In this document: positions 1 to 19,323 of the stretch, piece by piece | Layout of the letters: every line of letters starts with the position of its first letter | How positions within the stretch are numbered: position 1 is the first letter of the stretch | Assembly (NCBI RefSeq): GCF_009914755.1 | Contig: NC_060926.1 | Strand: one strand, 5' to 3' | Length of the DNA: 64,000 nucleotides | Source of the DNA: the human T2T-CHM13v2.0 reference genome, Homo sapiens | Notes under the pieces: model-generated | Seen by the model: only the letters and a program-made list of their open reading frames with translations | The model's database searches: none | What the model was told of the DNA's origin: nothing | Position numbers and translations under genes: made by a program

Positions 1-235
1 AGGTTCACTGGGAGGAGAAATCTTGATTTCAATACTTGCTTTTGAAAGTCTTCTAAAGTATATTAGTATACCTTCCTACCTTGATTTATTGAACAAGATG
101 ACTCACTGTTTTGAATATTCTCATTGTCCAGTCTTCTGTAAACTTACATGTCGAACCCTAGACTCACCTTGTAAATTAAATCAGAATGAAATTATTAATG
201 AAGTTTTATTTCTTGTTTTTTCCTTTCTCCTAGAA

Positions 236-367
236 CAGTGGTCTCAACGTGGCTGCACATACAAGTCACCAGAGAGGCTTTTAAAAGATGATATCTGTGT
301 CCCATCCCTAGGGATTCTGATTTAATTGGTCTGATTATTCTTACGCGCTAGGGCTGAGAAACCACTG
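236..367. mobile_element. MER5-type hAT-Charlie MITE
   Basis: Termini cagtggtctcaa...tgagaaaccactg and internal gattctgatttaattggtctg. Confidence 0.65.
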
Positions 368-551
368 TTCTGTAGGATGTAGGGGAGGAAATTTCTTGGG
401 CTTTTGTTGTTGCTCCCGTAAATTAGGATAATACTAAAAAAAATACTTGAGGTAGGAGTTACTAGACTATAGAGGGAATATTGTACATACATTTTCTGTC
501 AAATTTAAACATTTAACACCTGCATTTTTTATTTCAGATTTATTGCTAAAC

Positions 552-1397
552 ATGGGTGCATTTTTGGATAAACCCAAAACTGAAAAACATAATGCTCATG
601 GTGCTGGGAATGGTTTACGTTATGGCCTGAGCAGCATGCAAGGATGGAGAGTGGAAATGGAAGATGCACACACAGCTGTTGTAGGTATTCCTCACGGCTT
701 GGAAGACTGGTCATTTTTTGCAGTTTATGATGGTCATGCTGGATCCCGAGTGGCAAATTACTGCTCAACACATTTATTAGAACACATCACTACTAACGAA
801 GACTTTAGGGCAGCTGGAAAATCAGGATCTGCTCTTGAGCTTTCAGTGGAAAATGTTAAGAATGGTATCAGAACTGGATTTTTGAAAATTGATGAATACA
901 TGCGTAACTTTTCAGACCTCAGAAACGGGATGGACAGGAGTGGTTCAACTGCAGTGGGAGTTATGATTTCACCTAAGCATATCTACTTTATCAACTGTGG
1001 TGATTCACGTGCTGTTCTGTATAGGAATGGACAAGTCTGCTTTTCTACCCAGGATCACAAACCTTGCAATCCAAGGGAAAAGGAGCGAATCCAAAATGCA
1101 GGAGGCAGCGTGATGATACAACGTGTTAATGGTTCATTAGCAGTATCTCGTGCTCTGGGGGACTATGATTACAAGTGTGTTGATGGCAAGGGCCCAACAG
1201 AACAACTTGTTTCTCCAGAGCCTGAGGTTTATGAAATTTTAAGAGCAGAAGAGGATGAATTTATCATCTTGGCTTGTGATGGGATCTGGGATGTTATGAG
1301 TAATGAGGAGCTCTGTGAATATGTTAAATCTAGGCTTGAGGTATCTGATGACCTGGAAAATGTGTGCAATTGGGTAGTGGACACTTGTTTACACAAG
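552..1397 (+). CDS. PPM1B: PPM1B first coding exon, codons 1-282 (PP2C catalytic domain)
   Basis: Strong Kozak aaacATGG and Gly2 (myristoylation site in PPM1A/B). Motifs GWRxxMEDAH, YDGHAG (D60), [20 protein letters not shown] and CDGIWD (D243). Donor AAG|gtatgt at 1397/1398, phase 0. Confidence 0.98.
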
Positions 1398-3986
1398 GTA
1401 TGTAAACTTTTTTGTCATTAAAATAACATGTTAATTTTGAAAAGTTACGGTAGGTAAAGTTAAGCTAACTTAAAATTTTAAAACTTTTAATATTTTCACA
1501 GAAGCTGTATATTTTGAAGTACTTTACCAGAAATGAAACCATTGTTTTCTTTGCCATCCTTGTTTGTCCCAGCCTTCTAATTTGAAAATTAAGCTTGATA
1601 AATTTGAGGCATTTGTTGTCATTTAAGTACTTCATAGCTTGTTGCTGTAGCAAAAGCATTTACACAGAGTGACTTTTTCTTGACATTGGCAGTAACCATC
1701 TTATGCCTGATTATGAAGCAGCTTGATAAAATATGTATATAGTAGAATTCTGTACTAGATATTACTAAAAGATCAAGAGCCATGTGAAATATTGGAAGAT
1801 GTACTAGATGCCTAGCCTGTATAAAATTTAGTCCTGAGCCTCCTAGCAGTGAAGACAAAAACTGAAATAAAAATATGGGTTGTATATTTCTCATTGTCTT
1901 CTAAAAGCAGCTCTTATCTGGCAATACAATCTAAAAAGGATTTACATGTGGCTCTCTAAGTAATACATGACTTGGATAGTATCTTTTGTAGAAGATAAAA
2001 TTCTTTTCATATAGATGTTTTTATTATTTCTGATTAAAAACCAAAGGCTTCTATAAAACATAATCTTGTGAAAAATTCCTGTGGAACACTAAAGTTTATT
2101 TAGATTTGTAATTTTGTATGAATCATTGCTTGATACAGTAATAGAAAAAAAGTCCAGAGTAATAGATAATTGGCAATCCTTTGAATATCTTTAAAATACT
2201 CAGTTGTTTCAAGTGGGTTTTTGACAGCATCTATATATAATTCAATTAAAATTTGAGTTATCTGGCCAGTGTCTGGAGTGTGTAAGTATTTGACTGAAAA
2301 GATACCAAGGTAAAACTGACCTTTAGTTACATGAAATAAATAAAGGGTTTGACTTATTTATTCTGTCTAGATTAGAACCACTGTATCTCCCTACTCCAAA
2401 ATGTACTGTGGAAGGTATGGGCATAACCAGAAAGTTTTTCAGAAAGGATCTCTGGGTCTCTGGAAATGCCCAGATTTTGGTTAAATACCGATTTCTTTTT
2501 AATAGAATGGAAAGAGGCAGTTTTAAAAACAGAAGATTTAAAGGCCGTTCTTGTCAGTGGACAGCCTTTTTCTGAAAGGATTTTAATGATGGTACCTCTA
2601 GCTCCTCTGATTTTTATTTTTAACACACTGTATCTTTTTACTTCTGGATGAGTTAAGTAAAGAAGTATTGATGGTTGTCAGTGATCAAATAGTAAGTGGG
2701 TCTAAAATTATGTATTTGTCTTTGAACTCTAAATGAAGCAATTCTGACCTGTAGATTTTTGAGACAAGCATAGGCATATGTTTGTTGCCTGACTAGCTAA
2801 TGAAAACAGCATTTTCCCCAATTATAAAAAAAAAGGTATATACTTACTATTGGAAAAAAAATCCAGATGATGAAGAAAATATAGAGAAACACCCAAAATT
2901 TTGCCATCCACCCTAAGTCAGCTACTTTCATTGTTGTGGTGTATATTGTTCCAGTCTTTTCTGCCTGCCTGTGAGTGTGTGTATTTTTATAAAACCGAGA
3001 TGATTATACTTGTTATTCTACAGCCTGCCTTTTCCAACAATATATTGTAGAGAGATCTCCATGCCTATAAGTATTGATCTGTATCATTTTTCTTGGCTGC
3101 GTAGTATTTTATTGAAAGAATGAGGTTGTGAGGGAATAGCCAAAAAATCTATTAGGTCTGTAATTTGGACTAAGGAAAGAAGTTTGTGTTAGTAGATTAA
3201 CTCACTTATCCATTGAAAGGATGCTAGTTTTTGAGAATTTTGACTCGACCCTTCTGAATGAGGTTTAAATATTTCTGGTGGTATATCTTCACTTGCTAGC
3301 TTTTATCAATTTAGAGTGATTAAATGTTCATGTTGATGGTGTTAAAAGATTCTAGATGGCATCCTAGAATCTCAGAAATGAGGAATGATAATAACAGACA
3401 AGAAGTTGGGGCCCATGATTCATTCAATGTTAATGGAAGCTGACCATCATAGTTCCTTCTAATGGAGCTGCATTCAAATTGAAATCAGTTTGGAGGTTTG
3501 AATTGAAACAAAACAGACTTAAAATTATTTTTGAACCTTTGAAAGTTACTTATGGAAACCTTCATTTCTGTTTAACTTCGTAATTTTGTCTTTCCATTTA
3601 TTTGTATTGTAAAAGCAAGGGTTAGCAATAAGATCAAATATAATTACTTTGAATTTACTCAGAAAAATTGTAAGTTAAAAATTCATGGAAAGCACTTAGC
3701 GATTGCACAGTAGTTACCTGCTGTAAGAGGAGAGGAAACATTAATAAGTAGATGTTTCCCTGATAAGAGATTTAAATGAAGTCCTAGTTTTTTCTAACAC
3801 CTCCATCACTTGTCATACTTTCATAATTTATAAGCACTTTTATCTTAACTCATTAAATCTTGGGAGGTTATCATAATCATAATCGTGGTAGTATTAGTAA
3901 ATTATTGCTTTCTGTAAGCCAAACACTATTCTAAATACTTTACATATTTTAACTCATGTAATTTTCACAACCATATGAGGTAGTTA

Positions 3987-4250
<264 letters not shown>

Positions 4251-4686
4251 TCAGGGTTGCCAGTTAATATTAATCTGTAAGTGTTGTATGACTGTGGTCA
4301 GGTATTATCCTATTTAAATTAGGTATTTAACTCGAGGGGAGAATGGGAGCTAAGAAAGCAACCCTCCCATTTTATTTGCAATGCTGGCATTTATGGTGTT
4401 TACTGCCAACTAATTTCGGGTTGCTTAAAATATGTAACTGCCACGTGCATAGCTTTTCATAACTTGTAAATGATACATACTTATTAATCCTCATAGTAAC
4501 TTTCTGAGGTGAACAAAATAAAAAGTTTTTTTAATTTGCAAGTAAGGAAATGGAGGTTGTTTGATATTAAAAGATATCCATAAGTCATATACTTGGTGAG
4601 TATTGAGGCTGAGACTAGTTTTCTGACTCAAGTTTAGTATTTTTGTTAACAATATTTCCCAGAAGGGCCTGATAAAATAAAGAAGA

Positions 4687-4728
4687 GTGGGTGTGGGTGT
4701 GGGTGTGTGTGTGTGTGTGTGTGTGTGT
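4687..4728. repeat. (GGGTGT)n/(GT)n microsatellite
   Basis: Directly visible in the sequence. Confidence 0.95.
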
Positions 4729-5215
4729 AAGTGTCTGTCTGTTTCGGTTTTCATGGTCTGAGAAATTTTTCCCCAAGGGAAACATTAAGACTAAATTTTT
4801 TTTGTAACAAATACAGAGATGTTTGAAGTAAAGTGATTCCCCTTGATGTTTCTGCTTTCCAGTCTCATCTCACTTAGGGAACCACTGCTCATGGTTTGCT
4901 GTATATCTTTCCAAATGGTTCTCTGTGATTATTGATAGAAATGTATAAACGTAAAATAGGATTTTTTCTTTTTTTGTATTTTATAGAAAAAGATCATGCT
5001 ATGTTTGTTACTTTGTCACCTGTTTTGTTTTTCTTAAATTATAAAAGTCGGTATTCTTTTAAATTGTTCTTTTAAAACATTATTTGATTTTCCAAAATTT
5101 CATTTATATACCATCTACCAGAAGCCTATTTATTTTAAAACATGAGATAGTACCTCATAGTTGGATAAAATTGAGGGAAATTATCATTTTCCAAAGGCAA
5201 CATCATTCTATATTA

Positions 5216-5392
<177 letters not shown>

Positions 5393-6071
5393 TCAGATTG
5401 TTTTCTGTTTAAGTTTAGATGCCCTTATTTATGGCAGGGGCACTGGCGTCTTTGATCTGGTACTATGATTATTAAGAGTGTTAACTGCTGTGCTGTTGTA
5501 AAAAGTAAAAAGAACATGTAATAATCAATTTTTATATGCAGAGCTAATTTCTTTAGTTATCCAAACTGGATTTAGAAAAAAAAATGTTTTATTTATGGAC
5601 TTAGTGAAAACTTTATACTGATTATACAAGGATGTTTTGTCTCTAAAAAACAATGGCACAAAGGAAAGGACCTTTTCTGTTGCTGTATAACAGCTACTGA
5701 AACATATTCATACTTGGTGTTTAGGGGAAAGCCATCTTTACATAGAAATAGAAGCAAGCCAGGCAAGGTGGCTAAGAAGCAACATCACTGAAATCACACA
5801 TGCCTGAGATGTAAATATAAATTATTTCCCTTAAATGTCTTTGGAGAACCATAAATTTATTGGAACTCTCTTTCAATTAATTTTCCAAAAGTATTTATAT
5901 TTTATAACTTACAAAAATCGAATGGAAATTAGATAAGGAAATGTTCCACAATGCTCATGTTGTTGTTACCAAAAACTCAAAAGGGTTAAAAGAAATTAGA
6001 TTTCTAAAAGTGTAAGGTGTTAATTCCGTTTATGCATAAAATTGCTTTATAAAGTGTAATTATGCTTGATT

Positions 6072-6205
6072 CTTTTTTTGTTGTTGTGTTTTAGAAAGGG
6101 TGTCTCACTGTGTTGCCCGGGCTAGTCTCAAACTCCTGGCCTTAAATGATCCTCCTGCCTCAGCCTCCCAAACTGCGGGGATTACAGGCAGCCACCATGC
6201 CCAGC
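6072..6205 (-). mobile_element. Alu monomer (FLAM-like)
   Basis: Antisense left-arm consensus. Confidence 0.8.
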
Positions 6206-6909
6206 TGTTTGATTCTTGAATATCCATGGTGTACTTTAAAATTATTTTTAATTAAAAATTTTTGCTTGAACTGCCCTTATGACATTTATACAAGTATATT
6301 CATATAACCAAACACATACAGTATTTCTAATATAAAAGTTTTGGTGGGTTTCATTAAGGAATGAATTAATTTGGCCAATTTGGAAATGGTTTTTCCAGAT
6401 AACCGGGAATCTAATGAAATACTCAAGTTGGTTCCTTGTTCCAAAGCACAACAATCTGTGACAAGTTAATTTATTTTGAAGTCTTCTGAAGACCCAACCT
6501 TCACTGCCTTCAAACTTTACTCCCATTGAATTAGGAGGTGAAGGCAGAAGTTATTCAAGGCCACCTGTCTTTTGGGCTGTGTCATGTAGGTTCTGAAAGG
6601 CATAAGTCTGAACCGAGCCATGCCTGCCTAGATTCTAGTCATAATAACTGAAAAGACTAGAAAGGGTGTGGTCTTGGTTTCTTTCACTTGAGTTGGCAAA
6701 TTTGGCAAACACTATCAGACAAAATAGCCTACCACCTCCACTGACTTTGTTTTTTAGAGTGAACAGAAAAAGAAAGTTTGAAAAAAATCGTTATTCCAAG
6801 AACAGTTTCATCTGCTCCTGCTCTTAGAAACTCAGTTAAAGTAATATACCTTTAGAAAAAGTAATGAGAACGTATTTTTAATTGATTGCACATAATCTCA
6901 TGGTACTAG

Positions 6910-7532
<623 letters not shown>

Positions 7533-7767
7533 TGTATGCTTCCTTTTTAACATAGGTAATTTGTGATGGTGTGGTTAAAAGGGAGAAATAAAATATGTCC
7601 TTAAATTAGCTATTTTAGCCACTTTATAAAGATTCTGAAACTACTTGCGACTATATAGCAATCTGATGTCTTTTCTTTTAAAAGTTATCACATGACTACA
7701 GTTGGATCTCAGTTGTCCAGTTACAGTCCCCCCTGTTACTGTGCCCTCTGAATAGTTTCTTGTATTA

Positions 7768-8087
<320 letters not shown>

Positions 8088-8556
8088 TTAGTATTTTGGG
8101 TATTCTGCCGAATAACAATTTTCAGCTATGTTAAATTCATGGAGTCGTAGCATTGCTCTGAGGCAGTTTAAAAGCTAAGCTGGAAAACATTTGCATATGT
8201 GTTTGGGAGGATCCATTGTGGACTTAAGCCAGTTTGGGAATAGACAATCTTGAGTGGGAAATAGTTTAGAAGATTTAATATGTATTGAAGATATCTTCAT
8301 TTCTCAGACTGGAATGGCTGTGGGTAATAATAGTTCACCAGAATTAAAAATACAGAAATGCTTACAGATATACCCATACCTAGACACCTTGTTTCTTCAA
8401 GTTGTGTTTTTAGTAATTCATTGGAATAAAAATGAATGTGTTAAACATAAACGTTCTGGATGATTAAATAAACTATAATTGCTTAAAGTATTTTGAAGTA
8501 AATAATAGTTGATTGTAGAAATACAATTTTTTTTCTTTTTTTTCTTTAATACACAG

Positions 8557-8674
8557 GGAAGTCGAGATAACATGAGTATTGTACTAGTTTGCTTTTCAAA
8601 TGCTCCCAAGGTCTCAGATGAAGCGGTGAAAAAAGATTCAGAGTTGGATAAGCACTTGGAATCACGGGTTGAAG
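8557..8674 (+). CDS. PPM1B: PPM1B coding exon, 118 nt ([11 protein letters not shown]...LESRVE)
   Basis: T-rich tract plus acacag acceptor. Supplies the GSRDN motif (D286). Donor AAG|gtaaga. Confidence 0.97.
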
Positions 8675-8694
8675 GTAAGACAAATGCTTTTTAA
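8675..8694 (+). CDS. PPM1B: Intron read-through tail GKTNAF* (327-aa truncated isoform)
   Basis: Reading through the donor gives G-K-T-N-A-F-stop. This matches a database isoform as I recall it; the recollection is unchecked. Confidence 0.5.
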
Positions 8695-8705
8695 AAATAT
8701 AGACA

Positions 8706-9303
<598 letters not shown>

Positions 9304-9562
9304 TTAGAGCTTGCTGGTTTATTTTTTCTTTCTTTTTCTTTCCCTGCGTACATTCCTAGTAGTAAGTGGAGAATCCAGTGAAATTTCCCCTAACAGTGTC
9401 ATGAAAACAAGTACTCTTAATTCCGCTAATACTAATTCTCCCTTTTCGGGTTAATTATCATTGGAATTCATTACGGTATCCTTTCCCTTTTATTGATAGA
9501 GTTAACATTAGTGTTTCAAAAGATTATTTTACATATTTTTTTAAACTTCATTTGGCAATAAA

Positions 9563-9866
9563 TTTTTTTTTTTTTTTTTTTGAGATAGGGTCTTGCTCTG
9601 TTGCCTAGGCTGGAGTACAGTGGCATGATCTCGGCTCACTACAGCCTCAACTCCCTGGGCTCAAGTGATCCTCTCACCTCAGCCTCTCCCAAGTAGCTGG
9701 AACTACAGGCACGTGCCACCACAGCTGGCTAGTTTTCTTTATTTTTTGTAAAGATGAGGTCTCACTGTGTTGCCCAGGGTGGTCTCAAACTCCTGGACTC
9801 AAGCAGTCCTCCCACATTGGCCTACCAAAGTGCTGGGATTACAGGCATGAGCCAGCACAGCCAGCC
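9563..9866 (-). mobile_element. AluJ
   Basis: Antisense dimer with J-type ctgggctcaagtgatcctc. Confidence 0.88.
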
Positions 9867-11960
<2,094 letters not shown>

Positions 11961-12072
11961 GTGTTTCATCTATTTTTTTTTATCCTCCATTCTTGCCTTC
12001 TTTTAGATGTATTCCAGTTCATCCTAGGATTTGCTTATTAGTTACACATTCTTTAAAAAATTCCATTTAGTA

Positions 12073-12409
<337 letters not shown>

Positions 12410-12737
12410 TTACCCTGAGAAAATGAAAATTTTTCAGTCTTAAGGCCCTTTTTTTTTTTTTTTTTCTTTTCCACTTTCAACCCTGAGAAGCTAAGTATCA
12501 TAATCTTAATATAACCTTTTGGTTTTATATATGCTGTTTTTAAGATATGAAATTACTTTTTATAAAGTTAGATTGTCAATCTTTTTTCTTTTCTTTGTGG
12601 GAGGACTTTGATATCATACCAAGCTCTTCCACTCAAGGTTACATAGTTACCTGTATTTTCTCCTAACACTTTTATGTTTTGATTCTTTTTTTTTTTTTTG
12701 GAGAAAATACATTTGAATGATATAACTTACGATGATG

Positions 12738-12815
12738 GTATAATAGTTTGTTGAATTTGGCCATTTTGTATATAGTATAATAGCTTTGTTGAATTTGGTC
12801 ATTTTGTATATAGTA
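12738..12815. repeat. Tandem duplication of a 37/38-bp unit
   Basis: gtataatag(c)tttgttgaatttgg(c/t)cattttgtatata occurs twice. Confidence 0.9.
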
Positions 12816-13370
12816 GGCCACAGTAATTGGTGAGAGTTTTGAAGTGTGAAGATGTGTGATTTCTAATATGTAATTACAATTAAAAGTATAAAACCAAGAA
12901 GAGAGTCTTTTGCAAATTTGGAGAATGGGGATTTATCTTTTCTGTCTCTACAACTATCTAGCTATGCACCCTAAACAATGTGCTTAAAGTTTTTTTTGCA
13001 CCTACAATTTCCTCAGCCCTAAATTAATCTTGTTTTTAGGTCTCAATGCTTTTGAGTCTCAATGAGTCCTGCTTTGAGGGTGATGAAAACGTGAGAAACA
13101 TGTAAGAACACATTGAAGATTATGTCAGATGCGGTCATATTCCTATTGATAATATCATTAAGAGGAGCTGTTTTTATAGGAGTTAATATTTAATGATAAA
13201 TTGTAGTATATTGGGGTTGCAGATTGCTGACTATAGTTTATCAGAAGGTGGGAGGAATTCTCTTAGTTTCCTTCTTCCTCATTCATAAAGAAACTGGGTA
13301 GTTTTTATTTTAGGAAGAGCTCTCTAGTTTGGTCAGCTGGCTGTTATGTGAACTTATCCAACTTGCTTAA

Positions 13371-14204
<834 letters not shown>

Positions 14205-14545
14205 AAATAAATGAGAATTATGTTTGTTAAGCACCTATTATGGTGCCTAGCACGTAAGTCCTCAGCAAACTGTAACTTTATATGAACTCTTAACTTCTGT
14301 AATAACCACATTTTAATTTCTTAAAGGTGTGGTCAATTCAGTTTAACATGAGTTAATAATTTAATATTAATTTTCTTCTGCATAGTTAGTAACTTTCTAA
14401 AGTATATATTATATAGGAGAGATAACAAATATGTAATATGATCTCTAGGGCCTGTAGCAAATAGTTATTATTAATCAGGAGACAAAATTGTTAGCTAGGC
14501 AGCCACTACAAATCAATTTAAGTTGGTACTTAAAATGTAACTTCA

Positions 14546-14817
14546 CAGTAGCTTACACCTATAATTCTTGGGATGCCGAGGCAGAAGGATTGCTTGAGAC
14601 TAGGAGTTCAAGACCAGCCTCGGCATCATAGAGCTACAAAAAAGTTTTAAAGATTAGCTGAGCATGGTGGTGCACACCTGTAGTTCCAGCTACTTGAAGA
14701 CTGAAGCAGGAGGATCACTTGAGTCCAGGAGTTTGGTGTTACAGTGAGCTATGATGGCACCACTGCACTCCAGCCTGGGCCACAGAGTAAGAACATGTCT
14801 TTAAGAAAAAAAAAAAA
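14546..14817 (+). mobile_element. AluJ
   Basis: Diverged dimer with A tail. Confidence 0.85.
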
Positions 14818-15584
14818 GTAACTTTTTATTTGTAAAGCAGTGTTCTTCAGGAGCATTATGTTTCTTCTGGGGTTTTAAATCATGTAATATGACATTAAAT
14901 TTTGTGGTAAATACATTCTGGTGTACTTGGTAAATCTGTGTGTATGCTTTTAATGATGACTGGTCAGGTGGGAAAGGAATAATATTAAAATAAACAGGGA
15001 ATAGTAGTTCACCTGAATTGATGAATTATATATTTAATGATTGCTTTCTACATACAGGTTTACTCAGTGTTTATTGAACATGTGTCACTGAGGATATAGC
15101 AGAAAAAGAAATCTCATAGAATTTGTATTCTAGTAAAAACCTATTTTTTTTTAATAGAGAAATAAAATAGAGTAAGTAGAGAGCAACAAGGAATATTGGT
15201 TAGAAATGTCTCTGTGAGGAAGGATGTTTGAGCAGCCGTGCTTGGAGAGAGAATATCTGAGGGAAGAACATTCCAGGCAATGAGAACAGCAAAGACTAGG
15301 AGGGAATGTTCTTAGTGAGTGCAGCTGGGTTAGAATAAGCCAGTAGAAAACTAGAGGAAAATTAAGAGGTTTGTAGGAGGCATATCATGTGAGGACTTTG
15401 GACTTTGACTTGTGGGAATTCATTGGAAGATTTTGAGTACAAGAGTGATTTGTTCTTTTTTCCAAAGGATCTCTCTTAGTTGCTGTATGGAGAAGAGATT
15501 GTATAAAAGGGACAAGAGAAGCCAAAATACCGATTAGAAATTATGCATTAATGCATGGTAGTGGTAAATTGGACTAGAGTAGAG

Positions 15585-15757
15585 GGGTGTAAAAATGTCT
15601 GGTGACATTTTTGGTGTCATAGCTGAGGGGGTGCCACTGGCATCTAGTGAATGGAGGCCAGGGATGCTGCTTAATATTCCACAGCACACAGGACAGCCCC
15701 CACAACAAAAAAATTGTCTGGTGTAAAATGTCGGTGTTGTTGATGTTGAGAAGCCTT
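15585..15757. mobile_element. MER20 DNA transposon
   Basis: ctggcatctagtgaatggaggccagggatgctgct...acaggacagcccccacaaca. Confidence 0.8.
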
Positions 15758-15990
15758 ATACTATAAGACACAGATTTAAGGTAGAAAACTTACAGTCCTG
15801 CTTTCATGAAGCTTGCAGTCTATGACCCAATAAACATCGTGTATGTGGGAGTATATAGCATTATGGTATACAGTACATGTCATGCATATGGGAGTGTATT
15901 GCAGTGTACCTACTCAGACTTAGGTCAGAGAAGGATTTGAGAATGTGACATATAAAATTGAAACCTCAAGGATGAAAATAGGCATTCATA

Positions 15991-16773
<783 letters not shown>

Positions 16774-17311
16774 CTATTTCAGGTAAGTATCAACTTGTAA
16801 AAATGATTTTTAATTTCTCCCCTTTTTCTTATAATTCTTATCTAGCTAAACTTTTATTATCCTTTAGTAATGGCATTCATAACTTTTATATTGTTTTTAC
16901 TTAATATTAGATCAGAAGTATTTTTCCATATAGCTGTTACTGTATTCATCAAGACACCTATTTCGTAATTTTTAGTGATTATAAACCATTTCACTCAATG
17001 GCTACACCAAAGTTTTTAACTGTCCTCTTGTTGGTGAACATTTAGTTTGTTCCAGTTTTTGCTTTTTATGAATAATGCTGGAATGAACATACATATGCAA
17101 ATAACTGTTTTTTCTTTTTTCCCCCTGCATAGCAATGTTTCAGTCAATAAGTAGCTTTTTGTATTACTTCTTAAAAATTTTTTGTGTGTTGATGGTAATT
17201 TTTTTTAATATATTTTAAAATAGGTACTACCAAATAGTATCTCTTGTTTCACTTCTTGGTGAGTACTGGCTTATCACATTAATTTAGGAACTTTTTTTAA
17301 AAAACCTACAG

Positions 17312-17423
17312 AGATTATGGAGAAGTCTGGCGAGGAAGGAATGCCTGATCTTGCCCATGTCATGCGCATCTTGTCTGCAGAAAATATCCCAAATTTGCCT
17401 CCTGGGGGAGGTCTTGCTGGCAA
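17312..17423 (+). CDS. PPM1B: PPM1B coding exon, 112 nt ([38 protein letters not shown])
   Basis: Acceptor ctacag and donor AA|gtaagt. Frame is continuous with its neighbours and encodes the PP2C C-terminal helical domain motif LPPGGGL. Confidence 0.97.
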
Positions 17424-17824
17424 GTAAGTAGAACAAAAAGCTAATTTTGAGTTCGTTCATAATTAGTAATTAAATAATTTGGGGTAAAAAAACTTAAATC
17501 AGAAGTACATCAATTATCTAGAGGTGAAATGGGTTAGTGTTTCTTATACTAGAGAAGAACTCTTAAAACTTCAACCAAAAACGATTTTTTAAAAGGAATT
17601 ATCTATCATACTCTTTGAGTATGAAGGTCCTTCTTTCCTTGCTAAGGAGTACAAATGGATTGTGCAAAATCAGATTCTGAGAGTAAAGTGTAGAAGGTAT
17701 GTTCTTGACAAGTATAGAGTGTACCAGTTACTTTTTTAGTGTGGTCAGGATGAAATATTGAGATATTCACAAGCTTAAAATTCTGTGTAATTTAATAAAA
17801 CTAAAGCATGTTTTTTTTTTTTAG

Positions 17825-17882
17825 GCGTAATGTTATTGAAGCTGTTTATAGTAGACTGAATCCACATAGAGAAAGTGATGGG
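17825..17882 (+). CDS. PPM1B: PPM1B coding exon, 58 nt (RNVIEAVYSRLNPHRESDG), last constitutive exon
   Basis: T12-ag acceptor and GGG|gtaagt donor. Ends codon 378 in phase 0. Confidence 0.97.
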
Positions 17883-17918
17883 GTAAGTTTTATTTTATTT
17901 CATAAGCATTTGAAGTAA
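17883..17918 (+). CDS. PPM1B: Candidate intron read-through tail VSFILFHKHLK* (389 aa)
   Basis: 11 in-frame codons then TAA, with AATAAA at 17970-17975. Resembles the recalled mouse tail VSLHLFPKYLK. Confidence 0.45.
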   Translation, partial: VSFILFHKHLK

Positions 17919-18984
17919 TTTCACAATATAAATACTAAATATGAATACATTCACATTAACGAAGTCTATAATAAATTATAGTCTGTAGTAAATTACTACT
18001 GCTTTTCATTTTAAAGTGTCAGTTAAAGTTTAAGAAAATGTATTGAAATGAAGGTAGAGATAAAATTTTGTTTTGTAGATAGTTTTGTTGTCACTTTCTG
18101 GGCATCAAATGACCTTTTTTGTTTGGGCTGTCTTTATTTCTTCTCTATATGTCTGCTTTTCCTTCTTCTCCTTTAAACCTTAATTTTGAGGCAAGAATGC
18201 TCTTTTAAATATCTCAATTTCTCCTCCAGCAGGCTGCTGCCATCACCAGAAGTTAGTGATAGTGAGTGAGTTGTTATTTTAATAACTAGACCTTTCAGTA
18301 CCCCTGTATGCCCACTTGGAATACCCGAGGATAGTTTTTTTCTAATATTATTGTTGTATTATGGGTACATGAGTGTTGAGCTGAGATAACCATTTCTGTT
18401 GTACCTTGCTGTACTTCATCAGAGCAAGACTCTATGCCCTTACCTTTTATTTTGCTTTTCTTCGAAATGTCAGTGAGCTGCCAGCTGCCCCTCTATATTG
18501 TTTTGTTTTGTTTTAGTACTATTACCAGGAGACAGAAGTGTCCTTTTTTTTTTTTTAAATCCAAGTTAGTTCAAATAAGTATTTTTCTCTTGGGTTTTCA
18601 AGTTTTTATGTCTAAAAATAAATTATTTAATTTTTAATATATATGCTTCAAAGCTTTAAGGGAACCAAACAGAAATGAAACTGATTGGGAGGAAGAGCCC
18701 ACCTCCAGTCTCCAGCTCCTCTTGGCAGATTGAGAGAGAGAGTATCCATTGGCTAGAAATCATATGTCATCTCAATTGCATTATTTGCTAGGATTCATTG
18801 TTGCACAGCAATATAATATGATTTCTTTTCCTTAACAGTAAAAGTTATCCTGGCAAAAAGGAAAATTTAATAATTAATATAATTTTAGTGAGTCATATAA
18901 AAGTGATGCTATATATTGCTAATTATAATTTATATCTTGGTCTAGAGCAGTGATTCTGAGTCTTTTTTTGTGGCAGGTTCCTCA

Positions 18985-19323
<339 letters not shown>

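Noticed and set aside
23-325. 100-aa ORF upstream of the first coding exon
   Set aside because: TTG start, intronic, runs into MER5, and has no recognisable motif.
543-551. ORF-track start at TTG 543
   Set aside because: The ATG at 552 has a strong Kozak context and yields the conserved MGAFLDKP N-terminus.
12738-12815. CRISPR-like 37-bp repeat
   Set aside because: Two adjacent copies, no spacer, eukaryotic intron.
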